Made by a program: the position numbers and the translations under genes. Positions 18,406 through 29,434 of a stretch of 64,000 nucleotides of DNA are shown here, piece after piece (position 1 is the first letter of the stretch; each line of letters begins with the position of its first letter). The stretch lies in the NCBI GenBank assembly GCA_038852315.1, contig JAWCKF010000001.1:23542-87541 (forward strand), written 5' to 3'. Below the pieces are notes generated by a model. It was not told the DNA's origin. It saw only the letters and a list, made by a program, of their open reading frames with translations, and did not search any database. This DNA is from Thermoplasmata archaeon (GTDB lineage: Archaea; Thermoplasmatota; Thermoplasmata; UBA10834).

Positions 18406-19668
18406 TTGGTGAGCGTGGCTCATGTCGTCCCTTTCGAGGCTGTGAGGTACAACACATCGAGGTTCGGAAGGGACCTCACGAGGTTCGTAGCGCCGCCGTA
18501 CGACGTGATAGATCCGTCATTGGAGAAGGCCCTGAAGCAGGACAGGCTCAACATAACCTACATCACCCTCGGAGACCGAGGGGACGGGTATGCGCTGGCC
18601 GCCCAGAGGCTCCGGACATGGCTCTGCGACAAGGTCCTAGTCAGGGACGAGGGCAAGTGCTTCTACATGTACGAGCAGACCTTCGCTGGCCCGGACGGGC
18701 GCCCGCGCGTGAGGTGGGGGCTAGTGGGGCTCATCAGACTGGAGGACTTCGAGTCCGGGGTCATCATGCCGCACGAGAGGACCATACCCAAGCACAGGGC
18801 GGACAGACTGGCGCTTCTTAGGGCGGTCAAGGGCAACATGGAGCAGGTCTTCATGCTGTACTCCGACCCCTCCGGGGAGATAGACTCTCTCCTGAGGGAG
18901 GCGAGGACGCGAGAGGAGGAGCTTAGGTTCGTTGATCACGACGGCGTTGGCCATAGAATCGTCCGGCTGGCGGAGCCCTCCACTGTCCAGCACATCACCG
19001 ATCGGTTCACCGACATACCCCTTCTGATAGCTGATGGCCACCACAGGTACGAGACTGCGCTGGAGTACAGGGACATGATGCGTTCTTTGGAGGGGAAGAG
19101 CGGAGAGAAGCCTTACGACTTCATACTCGGCACTATGGTGAGTTCCGCCAATCCCGGGCTGATCGTGTTTCCCACTCACAGGCTGGTTCGGGCGGTCGAT
19201 GAGAGGCTGTTGGCCGACCTCCCGAGGCGGCTCGAGGAAGAGTTCGTGCTATCGTCCTTCGAGACGCCCGACGAACTGGCCTCTGCGGTCGAGACGGCGG
19301 AGGGGGCCGCGTTCGGCGTCTGGGTGCCGAGCTCAAACACGATGCTGTTGGCGACGCGGAAACACAAGACTCTTGCGGGGAACCCGATGGAGGACCTGCC
19401 CGTCTACATCGTGCAGGAGATGGTGCTGAAGAGACTACTCGGATATACTGACCAGATGCTCGACTCGAAGGTCAACATCGAGTATGTGAAAGGGACGGGC
19501 CCCGCAAAGGACGCCATGTCCACGGACCAGTATCAGGCCTGCTTCTTCCTGAAACCTCCGACAGTCGCACAGGTCATGGCCGTTGCGAGGACCGGCCAGA
19601 AGTTGCCCCACAAGTCTACATACTTCTACCCCAAGATCTGGTCCGGCGCCCTCATGTACCTTTTCTGA
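18406..19668 (+). CDS. DUF1015 family protein
   Basis: N-terminus VVPFEAVRYN...FVAPPYDVID and overall length (420 aa) are typical of DUF1015. Start is a non-ATG codon (TTG/GTG near 18406-18415). Confidence 0.7.
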   Translation: MVSVAHVVPFEAVRYNTSRFGRDLTRFVAPPYDVIDPSLEKALKQDRLNITYITLGDRGDGYALAAQRLRTWLCDKVLVRDEGKCFYMYEQTFAGPDGRPRVRWGLVGLIRLEDFESGVIMPHERTIPKHRADRLALLRAVKGNMEQVFMLYSDPSGEIDSLLREARTREEELRFVDHDGVGHRIVRLAEPSTVQHITDRFTDIPLLIADGHHRYETALEYRDMMRSLEGKSGEKPYDFILGTMVSSANPGLIVFPTHRLVRAVDERLLADLPRRLEEEFVLSSFETPDELASAVETAEGAAFGVWVPSSNTMLLATRKHKTLAGNPMEDLPVYIVQEMVLKRLLGYTDQMLDSKVNIEYVKGTGPAKDAMSTDQYQACFFLKPPTVAQVMAVARTGQKLPHKSTYFYPKIWSGALMYLF

Positions 19669-19703
19669 TGGAATCTGTCGCGACGCGACGGACGCGACAC
19701 GGT

Positions 19704-19721
19704 CAAGCAGTACAAGCAGTA
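19704..19721 (+). repeat. perfect tandem 9-mer (CAAGCAGTA x2) over the D-aminoacylase promoter; a candidate operator
   Basis: caagcagtacaagcagta is immediately followed by aaatag (TATA-like), about 32 nt upstream of the ATG at 19757. Preceded by a (CGCGAC)x3-like GC motif. Confidence 0.5.
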
Positions 19722-19756
19722 AATAGACGATTCGCGATAAGCCGCCGGGTGAGCGG

Positions 19757-21403
19757 TTGGGCTTCGACATAGGCATTCTCGGCGGTCGGATAGTCGACGG
19801 TGCCGGCAACCCTTGGTACTATGCTGACCTGGGAGTGAAAGGCAAGAGGATAGCGAAGATAGGCAGGGTCGATAAGAGGGACTGCGACCGTGTCATAGAC
19901 GCGAAGGGGCTGTATGTATGCCCCGGGTTCATAGACATACACACCCACTCTGACATCACTGCGATCCTGTACCCCGGGTGCGACAGCACCATCAGGCAGG
20001 GCGTGACTACGCACCTGATAGGCAACTGCGGGGAGTCGGCAGCGCCCCTCCGCGAACCATACGTAGACCTTTGGATGAACTACTGGGGCGTGTGGGCAGG
20101 CACGATGAAGGACTGGAAGTGGCGCACTTTCGCCGAGTACCTGGAGTTCCTGGAGAAGAGGGGTGTGGGACACAACATCGCCGCGCTGGTGGGCCACAGC
20201 ACCGTCCGGACCGCGGTGATGGGGGCAGAGCGCCGCGCGCCCACTGCAAAGGAGCTCAAGCTGATGAAGGAGCTCGTCGAGGAGGCGATGCGCGCGGGCG
20301 CTTTCGGGATGTCCACAGGCCTCGTGTACCCGCCAGGATGCTTCGCCAAGACGGACGAGATAATCGCCCTGGCGAAGGTGGTCGCCAAGTACGGTGGGAT
20401 ATACACATCTCACATAAGAGGCGAGAGAGAGACCGTGCTCGATGCCATCAGGGAGGCCATCCGGATAGGGGAGGAGGCGGGCGTGAGCGTCGAGATATCC
20501 CACAACTGCCCGAAGATCGGGGCCTGGGGCTGGACCGACAAGACCCTCGGGCTGGTGGAAGATGCCAGAGAGAGGGGGCTGGAGGTCACCGTCGACAATG
20601 ACGTGCACACTGATCTGGCCCCGAACCTGAGCAGCGCGCTGCCGCAGTATCTGCATGAGCTTAACAAGGACGCGCTCATCCAGCACCTCAAGGACCCGAA
20701 GAACAGGAGGCGCATCAAGAGGGAGATAATCGAGGACAAGCTGCCTGCCTTCGGGCCGTCAGGCTTGCTCAAACACAAGAGGTTCGACAGGATATTCCTG
20801 CTGGATGTGCCGAGGCAGAAGGGGCTGGAGGGCAAGACTATAGCGCAGATAGCCAGGCAGCGCCGCCAAGACCCCTTCGAGACATACTTCGACCTCATAA
20901 TCGAGGAGGACGACAAGATAGTGGCGATATTCGACTACATCCTCGAGTCGGACATAAGGGCGCTCCTTGTTCATCCCCTCGTGATGGTGTCCTCCGACTG
21001 CTCGACGCAGTCCCTCGACGGCGTGAAGGACGGCAAAGGCCCGTACATCCCGTGTGCGTACGGCGAGTACCCCGGCATATTCGAGCGGTACGTCCGGGAC
21101 GAGCCCGTACTCACGATACAAGAGGCCGTCAGGAAGATGACCAGCTTCCCCGCGCAGAAGATCGGCCTGCTCGAAAGGGGCCTCCTCAGGCCGGGGATGG
21201 TGGCCGACATCACTGTCATAGACCTTGCAAGGATCAAAGACAGGGCGACGAACCTGTGGCCCCACAGGTACCCGTTCAAGAACTACCCGCACAGATACCC
21301 CGAGGGAGTGCCATACGTCATCGTGAACGGCGTGGTCGCCGTGGATGGTGGGGAGCAGACGAAGGCGCGCGCAGGCGAGGTCCTGAGGCACGACTGGCGC
21401 TAG
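19757..21403 (+). CDS. N-acyl-D-amino-acid deacylase (D-aminoacylase), amidohydrolase family
   Basis: MGFDIGILGGRIVDGAGNPWYYADLGVKGKRIAKIG...GLYVCPGFIDIHTHSD is the canonical D-aminoacylase N-terminus with its metal-binding HxH motif. 548 aa. Confidence 0.85.
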   Translation: MGFDIGILGGRIVDGAGNPWYYADLGVKGKRIAKIGRVDKRDCDRVIDAKGLYVCPGFIDIHTHSDITAILYPGCDSTIRQGVTTHLIGNCGESAAPLREPYVDLWMNYWGVWAGTMKDWKWRTFAEYLEFLEKRGVGHNIAALVGHSTVRTAVMGAERRAPTAKELKLMKELVEEAMRAGAFGMSTGLVYPPGCFAKTDEIIALAKVVAKYGGIYTSHIRGERETVLDAIREAIRIGEEAGVSVEISHNCPKIGAWGWTDKTLGLVEDARERGLEVTVDNDVHTDLAPNLSSALPQYLHELNKDALIQHLKDPKNRRRIKREIIEDKLPAFGPSGLLKHKRFDRIFLLDVPRQKGLEGKTIAQIARQRRQDPFETYFDLIIEEDDKIVAIFDYILESDIRALLVHPLVMVSSDCSTQSLDGVKDGKGPYIPCAYGEYPGIFERYVRDEPVLTIQEAVRKMTSFPAQKIGLLERGLLRPGMVADITVIDLARIKDRATNLWPHRYPFKNYPHRYPEGVPYVIVNGVVAVDGGEQTKARAGEVLRHDWR

Positions 21404-22477
21404 CTACAGCTCGTACCTACGGTACTCGTTCTCGCAGGGGTTGCCCGCGCATATCCATGCGACCCTGTTGGTGAGGTCGAACGCCACCGAGAGGATCGTC
21501 TGCGTCTGGTCCTCCTCTCCCAGATTCGGATCAGGGTGGCGGCAGATGGATTCGGGATAGCCTACATGGTCTGATAGGACCTTCTTGAACGTGGAGAGGT
21601 CCACCCTCCCCAGCTCCTTCCTGAATAGCTTTTTGGCCCGGTTGTACCTGACGATAGATGAGAATCTCGTATGCATGTTCTCCTCGAACTTCCACATCTT
21701 CGGGGACAGGTAATGATTGGTATGGATCAGCCAACCATCTTCTGCATATATGGCGTCGAAGGTCGTCGCGGAGCCTTCGAGGGAGTATATCTCACCGTTC
21801 GAGTCGCAGACGATGTTGTTGAAGCTGTGCCCCCGCCCCTCGGGCATCGCAGCCTGAAGCGCCTGATATATGCCCTTCTCCCTGAGCACCTTCCGGCAGG
21901 GGATCATCTTAGGTATGCCGATGCGCGTGTCGTTCGGCACTAAGGCGTTACCGGTTAGGCTTATGCCGGCGGCGTTCATCCCGGCAGTCGGTTCGAGTCC
22001 GGCGTAGCAAAGGCCTATGAATCCCGGTTCATCCTTCGGCTTGATCCTGGCGATGGATATGTCCTGGAAGTTGTAGGGTGCCACATCGTCGTTGTGCACC
22101 GCATACACACAGTCGTCCTTGGTCCACTCCGAGTTCACCGCGATATCCGTGCACCCCCTCCCCTTGCCGTACCACGGGAAGTCGACCTGCATCGCCCAAA
22201 CGATCTCGAACTTTATGCCCGTGCCCTCGGCGAACCCCTCGAGCTCCTCGACGTATTCCGGGTAGAACTTCTCGGATGCCGGCAGAGTCCGCTTCGCGTA
22301 TGCGACCGCTTTCTCGAGCGTCATACCTGGCACCTGAGCCATTTGCGCCTTGAAGCGCCTCTCCATCCGAAGCGCCTGGTCCCTGCACTGCTTGCCTATC
22401 GACAGTCCGATCTGACGGTGGCTACCCGACGCGGAGACCTCCCTGAAGGCTTTCGCTCCATTCTTGCCCTGCACCAA
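21404..22477 (-). CDS. peptidase C45 family (acyl-CoA:6-aminopenicillanic-acid acyltransferase-like Ntn hydrolase)
   Basis: GKGRGCTD shows the nucleophile-Cys context. 357 aa. Family-level call only. Confidence 0.7.
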   Translation of the reverse strand: MVQGKNGAKAFREVSASGSHRQIGLSIGKQCRDQALRMERRFKAQMAQVPGMTLEKAVAYAKRTLPASEKFYPEYVEELEGFAEGTGIKFEIVWAMQVDFPWYGKGRGCTDIAVNSEWTKDDCVYAVHNDDVAPYNFQDISIARIKPKDEPGFIGLCYAGLEPTAGMNAAGISLTGNALVPNDTRIGIPKMIPCRKVLREKGIYQALQAAMPEGRGHSFNNIVCDSNGEIYSLEGSATTFDAIYAEDGWLIHTNHYLSPKMWKFEENMHTRFSSIVRYNRAKKLFRKELGRVDLSTFKKVLSDHVGYPESICRHPDPNLGEEDQTQTILSVAFDLTNRVAWICAGNPCENEYRRYEL

Positions 22478-22586
22478 CGCACCTCCCTCTACTAGACATC
22501 AGTGCTTGTTCACAGGGTCGGGGTATATTGTATGGAATAATTCAACGGTACGGTACGCCTGCTTCCGTCCGCGTTCGCAGAAGAAG

Positions 22587-22595
22587 TTTTATGAT
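22587..22595 (+). promoter_or_regulatory. TATA box (AGTTTTATGA) about 27 nt upstream of the ATG at 22619; implies a leaderless mRNA
   Basis: The same AGTTTTATGA element lies upstream of rpoL. Confidence 0.5.
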
Positions 22596-22618
22596 GGTAA
22601 TAGGGCGTGCGAGGGACC

Positions 22619-22810
22619 ATGCCCAAAGTGGAGTTGGAGTACAAGTGCAAGAAGTGCAAAGCCGTTTATCCGGCCACCGTGAACTACACTGGCGACATCG
22701 AGGAGCTCGACCTGGAGGAGAATCAGTCTAGGTGTCCCTTCTGTGGTGCTTGGAACTGCGCGGATCCAAAATCAGTTGAACAGGCGATCAGAGACGCTAA
22801 GGCTGCATGA
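22619..22810 (+). CDS. small zinc-ribbon protein (CxxC...CxxC), 63 aa
   Basis: MPKVELEYKCKKCKAVYPATVNYTGDIEELDLEENQSRCPFCGAWNCADP. The ATG sits at TATA+27. The longer ORF from GTG 22607 is less likely. Confidence 0.55.
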   Translation: MPKVELEYKCKKCKAVYPATVNYTGDIEELDLEENQSRCPFCGAWNCADPKSVEQAIRDAKAA

Positions 22811-22945
22811 GTCTTCAGCCTGCCTGACGGCGTGTGCGGCGACAGGCCCGCTCCCTAAGCCATCAGCCTGCTCGGACGCGTTCTTCGAGACAGCACTGGC
22901 GAGCTATCCAGACAGTCCGTAGCGCACACCATCTTTGCGGAAACC

Positions 22946-22956
22946 ATATATATAAT
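22946..22956 (+). promoter_or_regulatory. TATA box (ATATATATAAT) for the PKD-SBP/opp operon; leadered transcript
   Basis: About 90 nt upstream of the ATG at 23045. The leader holds a CCGCC/GGCGG hairpin and a purine-rich GGAGG element 10 nt before the ATG. Confidence 0.5.
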
Positions 22957-23044
22957 GAAAGTATGTGTCCACGCCGTGATTGCCCGCCTGTCGTTTTAAT
23001 ACGGGCGGCAAAGGAGAAAGGAAAAAGAGAGGAGGAATTGCCTG

Positions 23045-25612
<2,568 letters not shown>

Positions 25613-25864
25613 GCTGGGCAGGCGAGAGCGCCAGAAACCCCTTTGAGAAACCTCTTATCCTTCTATCACCTCGTTCATCGCCGCTCACCTCGTGCTCCGT
25701 TCATCTCTTACTCCAGCAGCCGCTATGGTTTGCCCAGCAGCACCTAGGTGCGAGGTACGCCAGACGTGTAGAAGGGAAAAGGTAGAAATAGGTCGAATCG
25801 GCGTACCGCAGAAAGCGACACCAGGTGGTAGGAACTGCAGCTGCTGACCTACATAATCCGACGA

Positions 25865-26851
25865 TTGCTGCTACTGATCCCAGTTCTCATAGGCGTATCG
25901 ATACTGACATTCGTGATAATGCGATCCGCCGGGGATCCCGTCACCGCATACCTTCAGAATCCGGAAAAGGCAACCGAACGACAGATACAGGCGATAATCG
26001 AGAAGTACCACCTAAACGAACCGAACTACGTTCAGTACTACTATTGGCTCGTCGGTATAGTCCAGGGTGATTGGGGTTACAGCCAGGTGACAAAGCAGAA
26101 GGTCACGGACGTCCTCGGGCAACGTTTCCCTGCGACTTTCGAGTTGGCCATCGTCAGCACCCTGCTCGCCGTCGTAATCGGCATAGCTGCAGGGACGCGG
26201 GCGGCTGTGAAGGCGAACTCCGCGTTCGACCAGGGGGCGCGAGTCGTCTCCCTGGTTGGCGTGTCGATACCCGTCTTCTGGCTGGGCGTGCTATTGCTGG
26301 CGCTGTTCTACTACTACCTCGGATGGGCGCCGGAGCCTGGCAGAATAGACAAACAATTCGACACAGTGCCCCGGTACACCAACTTCCTGATAATCGACAG
26401 CATCCTCAACCTCAACTGGCCAATGCTCAAGAATGTGATAGCACACCTGATACTGCCTTCGATAACCCTTTGCTTCGTATCCACGGCGATAATAGTCAGA
26501 ATAATGAGGTCGAGCATGCTCGAGGTCTTGGGGGCGGAGTATGTCCGCACCGCGAGATCGAAGGGTCTGCCTGAGCGCGTAGTGATAAAGAAGCACGCCC
26601 GAAGGAACGCACTCATACCGACCACTACCGTTGTCGGCCTCAGCTTCGGAGGCCTCCTCGGAGGGGCAGTACTGACAGAAACCATCTACCTGTGGCCTGG
26701 CCTGGGCAGGTTCGCCGCCGATGCTGCGCTGAACCTGGATACCGCAGGCATCATGGGTTTCACAATGCTGACGGCCATCATATACGTACTGGCAAACCTC
26801 ATTGTCGACCTCACATACGCATATCTGGATCCGCGCGTGAGGCTCGGATAG
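25865..26851 (+). CDS. peptide ABC transporter permease (OppB/DppB-type)
   Basis: LLLIPVLIGVSILTFVIMR and a BPD_transp_1 core. The likely true start is a few codons upstream (..LTYIIRRLL) at a non-ATG codon after an AGGTGG SD-like element. Confidence 0.8.
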   Translation: MLLLIPVLIGVSILTFVIMRSAGDPVTAYLQNPEKATERQIQAIIEKYHLNEPNYVQYYYWLVGIVQGDWGYSQVTKQKVTDVLGQRFPATFELAIVSTLLAVVIGIAAGTRAAVKANSAFDQGARVVSLVGVSIPVFWLGVLLLALFYYYLGWAPEPGRIDKQFDTVPRYTNFLIIDSILNLNWPMLKNVIAHLILPSITLCFVSTAIIVRIMRSSMLEVLGAEYVRTARSKGLPERVVIKKHARRNALIPTTTVVGLSFGGLLGGAVLTETIYLWPGLGRFAADAALNLDTAGIMGFTMLTAIIYVLANLIVDLTYAYLDPRVRLG

Positions 26852-26862
26852 CGGGCTGGTGA

Positions 26863-27843
26863 GTGGCAACGACGGCAACGGCGACCAAAGACAGGACAGA
26901 GGCGACGAAGCCAGCAAGCGCAGGCAAGCACCCTCAGAAGCGGGAGGGCAAGATTGCCGCCGCCCTCAGACCGTGGGCTAGGGAATTGAAGTTCGACCTC
27001 TATCTCATGTCCAAGAGCATGACGTCCATCGCAGGCCTCATCCTGCTGGGCGTGCTCGCGGTCCTTGCGGCGTTCCCATGGCTATTCGCAGAGCCCGCTC
27101 CGGGAGCCACCAACCCATATTTCCTGCCGTTCGACCAGTATCAGCCTGACCCACAGCCACCAAGCATGGATTACATCTTCGGCACAGGCAGCTATGGTGC
27201 TGACATTTTCTACGGTGTGGTGTGGGGTGCCAGGATATCGATGAGCTTCGCGATCGAAGTAGTTGGGATATCCATAATCATAGGCACTGTGCTCGGGCTC
27301 GTCGCGGGCTACAAGGGAGGCATAGTGGACGAGATAATGATGCGCATCACGGACGTGTTCCTCTCAATCCCGTCGCTGATACTCATCATGGCAATCGCCG
27401 CTGTCCTGGGAAAAGACCTGGGTTCGACCAAGATCGCGCTGATAGCCGTATGGTGGTGCGGCTACACGAGGCTCGTGAGGGGGCAGGTGCTCTCGGTCAG
27501 AGAGAACACCTACATAGACGCTGCGCGCGCCTCCGGCTCCGGCGAGCTGAAGATAATGTTCAGACACGTTCTCCCGAACTCCTTCCCGCCCGTGTTGGTC
27601 AGCGCCACCATGGACATGGGTACTGTCGTTCTGACCATGGCGGCTCTCAGCTTCCTCGGACTCGGCGCGCCGCCAAGGTACGCCGAATGGGGCAAGATGA
27701 TCTACGACGGACAGCAGTATTTCTACAGAGGCGACTGGTGGATGGTCCTCTTCCCTGGCCTCGCCATACTCCTCTTCGTCATGGCGTTCAATCTGATGGG
27801 GGACGGCCTCCGGGACGTGATGGACCCCAAGATGAGGCGGTGA
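26863..27843 (+). CDS. peptide ABC transporter permease (OppC/DppC-type)
   Basis: GTG start. OppC N-terminal domain plus a BPD_transp_1 core (ITDVFLSIPSLILIMAIAAVLG). Confidence 0.8.
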   Translation: MATTATATKDRTEATKPASAGKHPQKREGKIAAALRPWARELKFDLYLMSKSMTSIAGLILLGVLAVLAAFPWLFAEPAPGATNPYFLPFDQYQPDPQPPSMDYIFGTGSYGADIFYGVVWGARISMSFAIEVVGISIIIGTVLGLVAGYKGGIVDEIMMRITDVFLSIPSLILIMAIAAVLGKDLGSTKIALIAVWWCGYTRLVRGQVLSVRENTYIDAARASGSGELKIMFRHVLPNSFPPVLVSATMDMGTVVLTMAALSFLGLGAPPRYAEWGKMIYDGQQYFYRGDWWMVLFPGLAILLFVMAFNLMGDGLRDVMDPKMRR

Positions 27844-27850
27844 TCGTCGG

Positions 27851-29434
27851 ATGGAGGCGAGGGACGACATCCTGGTTGAGATCGACGACCTCTACGTCAA
27901 CTTCTACACGTATCAGGGCATCGTGCAGGCGATACAGGGCGTTGACCTCATCATAAGGAAGGGCGAGACGCTCGGCCTTGTCGGCGAGACCGGCTGCGGC
28001 AAGAGTGTCACGGCGAGCACCATCATGAAGCTCGTGCTCTCGCCGCCGGGCAAGATAGAGGCTGGCAGCATCTACTTCATGGAGCCTCCGGAAGTGCGCG
28101 CGACGAGGAAGGCCTATGAGGCGAAGGCGCAGGAGTGGTGGAACGGCCTCTCCAAGGAACAGAAGGCCAGGATGATGCTCACTCACGGCATGCGCTTCAC
28201 GGGCTTCAAGAAGCGAGTCAAGCCCCTTTCGCCCGCGGAGGCAAAGAAGATGGTTGTCCCTGACAAGGTCCCGAGCAGGGTCGCCGCGATGTACATGGCG
28301 GAAATGGCGAAGAAGCTCCCGAAGACGGACCGCGTCGTCCAGGACGCACTGAGGAAGACCTACGATCTGGTGCCGAAGAGCAACGAGTACATGCAGAAGA
28401 TAAGGGGCAAGTGGGTATCGATGATATTCCAGGAGCCCACAAGCGCTCTGAACCCAGTGTTCACGGCTGGCGACCAGATCGCCGAGGTCATCCTGCTCCA
28501 TCGACGGGCCGAGATGGCTGCCAGGGCACTTAGGCGGATAGATGACGAACTGAAGGTGGCTGCTCAGAAGGGCAGACCCAGGCGTGTCAGGCTGGAGAAG
28601 AAGAAGTTCAAGTGCTCCCAGTGCGGCTCCGTCGTCAAGAAGGATGTCCAGTGGTGCACTTCGTGCGGGCGGCAGTTCCACGGTCCCATCGGGTGGTTCT
28701 TCAAGCAGATGTTCGCCAGGACCACGAGGAAGATGCTCCAGAGGATAGTAAAGAAGCCGGACGCTCCCGAGTTCTACCTGGGCAAGATACCCCTCGTCAA
28801 CCAGTACAAGAAGGAGATGCAAGGCGAGGCGCTCCGTGAGGCCACAAACATGCTCAGGGTCGTCCGCATACCCGACCCGGAAGGGGTCGCTAGGAGGTAT
28901 CCGTATGAGCTAAGCGGAGGGATGCAGCAGCGGGTGATGATAGCGATCGCACTGGCTTGCAACCCCAAGCTCCTGATAGCGGACGAGCCGACGACGGCGC
29001 TCGACGTGACCATCCAGGGACAGATACTGAAGCTCATGAGGGACCTGAAGGCCGAGTTCGGCAGCTCCATACTCCTCATCACGCACAACCTCGGGGTGGT
29101 GGCCGAGATGTGCGACAGAGTGGGAGTGATGTATGCGGGTGACATGGCCGAGGTGGCCCCAGCAAGGATCATATTCAAGGCGCCTCTGCACCCGTACACC
29201 TCGGGACTGATGAAGGCCGTGCCCTCGGTGCAGATGGATGCGAAGGAGCTCTACTCGATCCGTGGATCGGTCCCGAACCTCATAACGCCTCCTCCGGGCT
29301 GCAGGTTCCACCCGAGGTGCGACTACGCCAGGGAGTACTGTACGAGAGTGAAGCCCGAGCTGGTCGAGATAGAGCCCGACCACTTCGTCTCGTGCCACAT
29401 GGTGGCGAAGGCGGAGGGATACGTCCATGGCTAG
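27851..29434 (+). CDS. peptide ABC transporter ATPase (OppD/DppD-type) with two insertions of about 100 aa, one containing a zinc ribbon
   Basis: Walker A GETGCGKS, Q-loop MIFQEP, signature LSGGMQQR and an OppD-type C-terminal Cys-rich tail (PPPGCRFHPRCDYAREYC). Inserted between them is KCSQCGSVVKKDVQWCTSCGRQF. 527 aa versus about 330 typical. Confidence 0.85.
   Translation: MEARDDILVEIDDLYVNFYTYQGIVQAIQGVDLIIRKGETLGLVGETGCGKSVTASTIMKLVLSPPGKIEAGSIYFMEPPEVRATRKAYEAKAQEWWNGLSKEQKARMMLTHGMRFTGFKKRVKPLSPAEAKKMVVPDKVPSRVAAMYMAEMAKKLPKTDRVVQDALRKTYDLVPKSNEYMQKIRGKWVSMIFQEPTSALNPVFTAGDQIAEVILLHRRAEMAARALRRIDDELKVAAQKGRPRRVRLEKKKFKCSQCGSVVKKDVQWCTSCGRQFHGPIGWFFKQMFARTTRKMLQRIVKKPDAPEFYLGKIPLVNQYKKEMQGEALREATNMLRVVRIPDPEGVARRYPYELSGGMQQRVMIAIALACNPKLLIADEPTTALDVTIQGQILKLMRDLKAEFGSSILLITHNLGVVAEMCDRVGVMYAGDMAEVAPARIIFKAPLHPYTSGLMKAVPSVQMDAKELYSIRGSVPNLITPPPGCRFHPRCDYAREYCTRVKPELVEIEPDHFVSCHMVAKAEGYVHG

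Noticed and set aside
19703-20686. 327-aa ORF antisense to the D-aminoacylase gene
   Set aside because: The sense strand has a strong amidohydrolase signature. The antisense frame lacks any motif.
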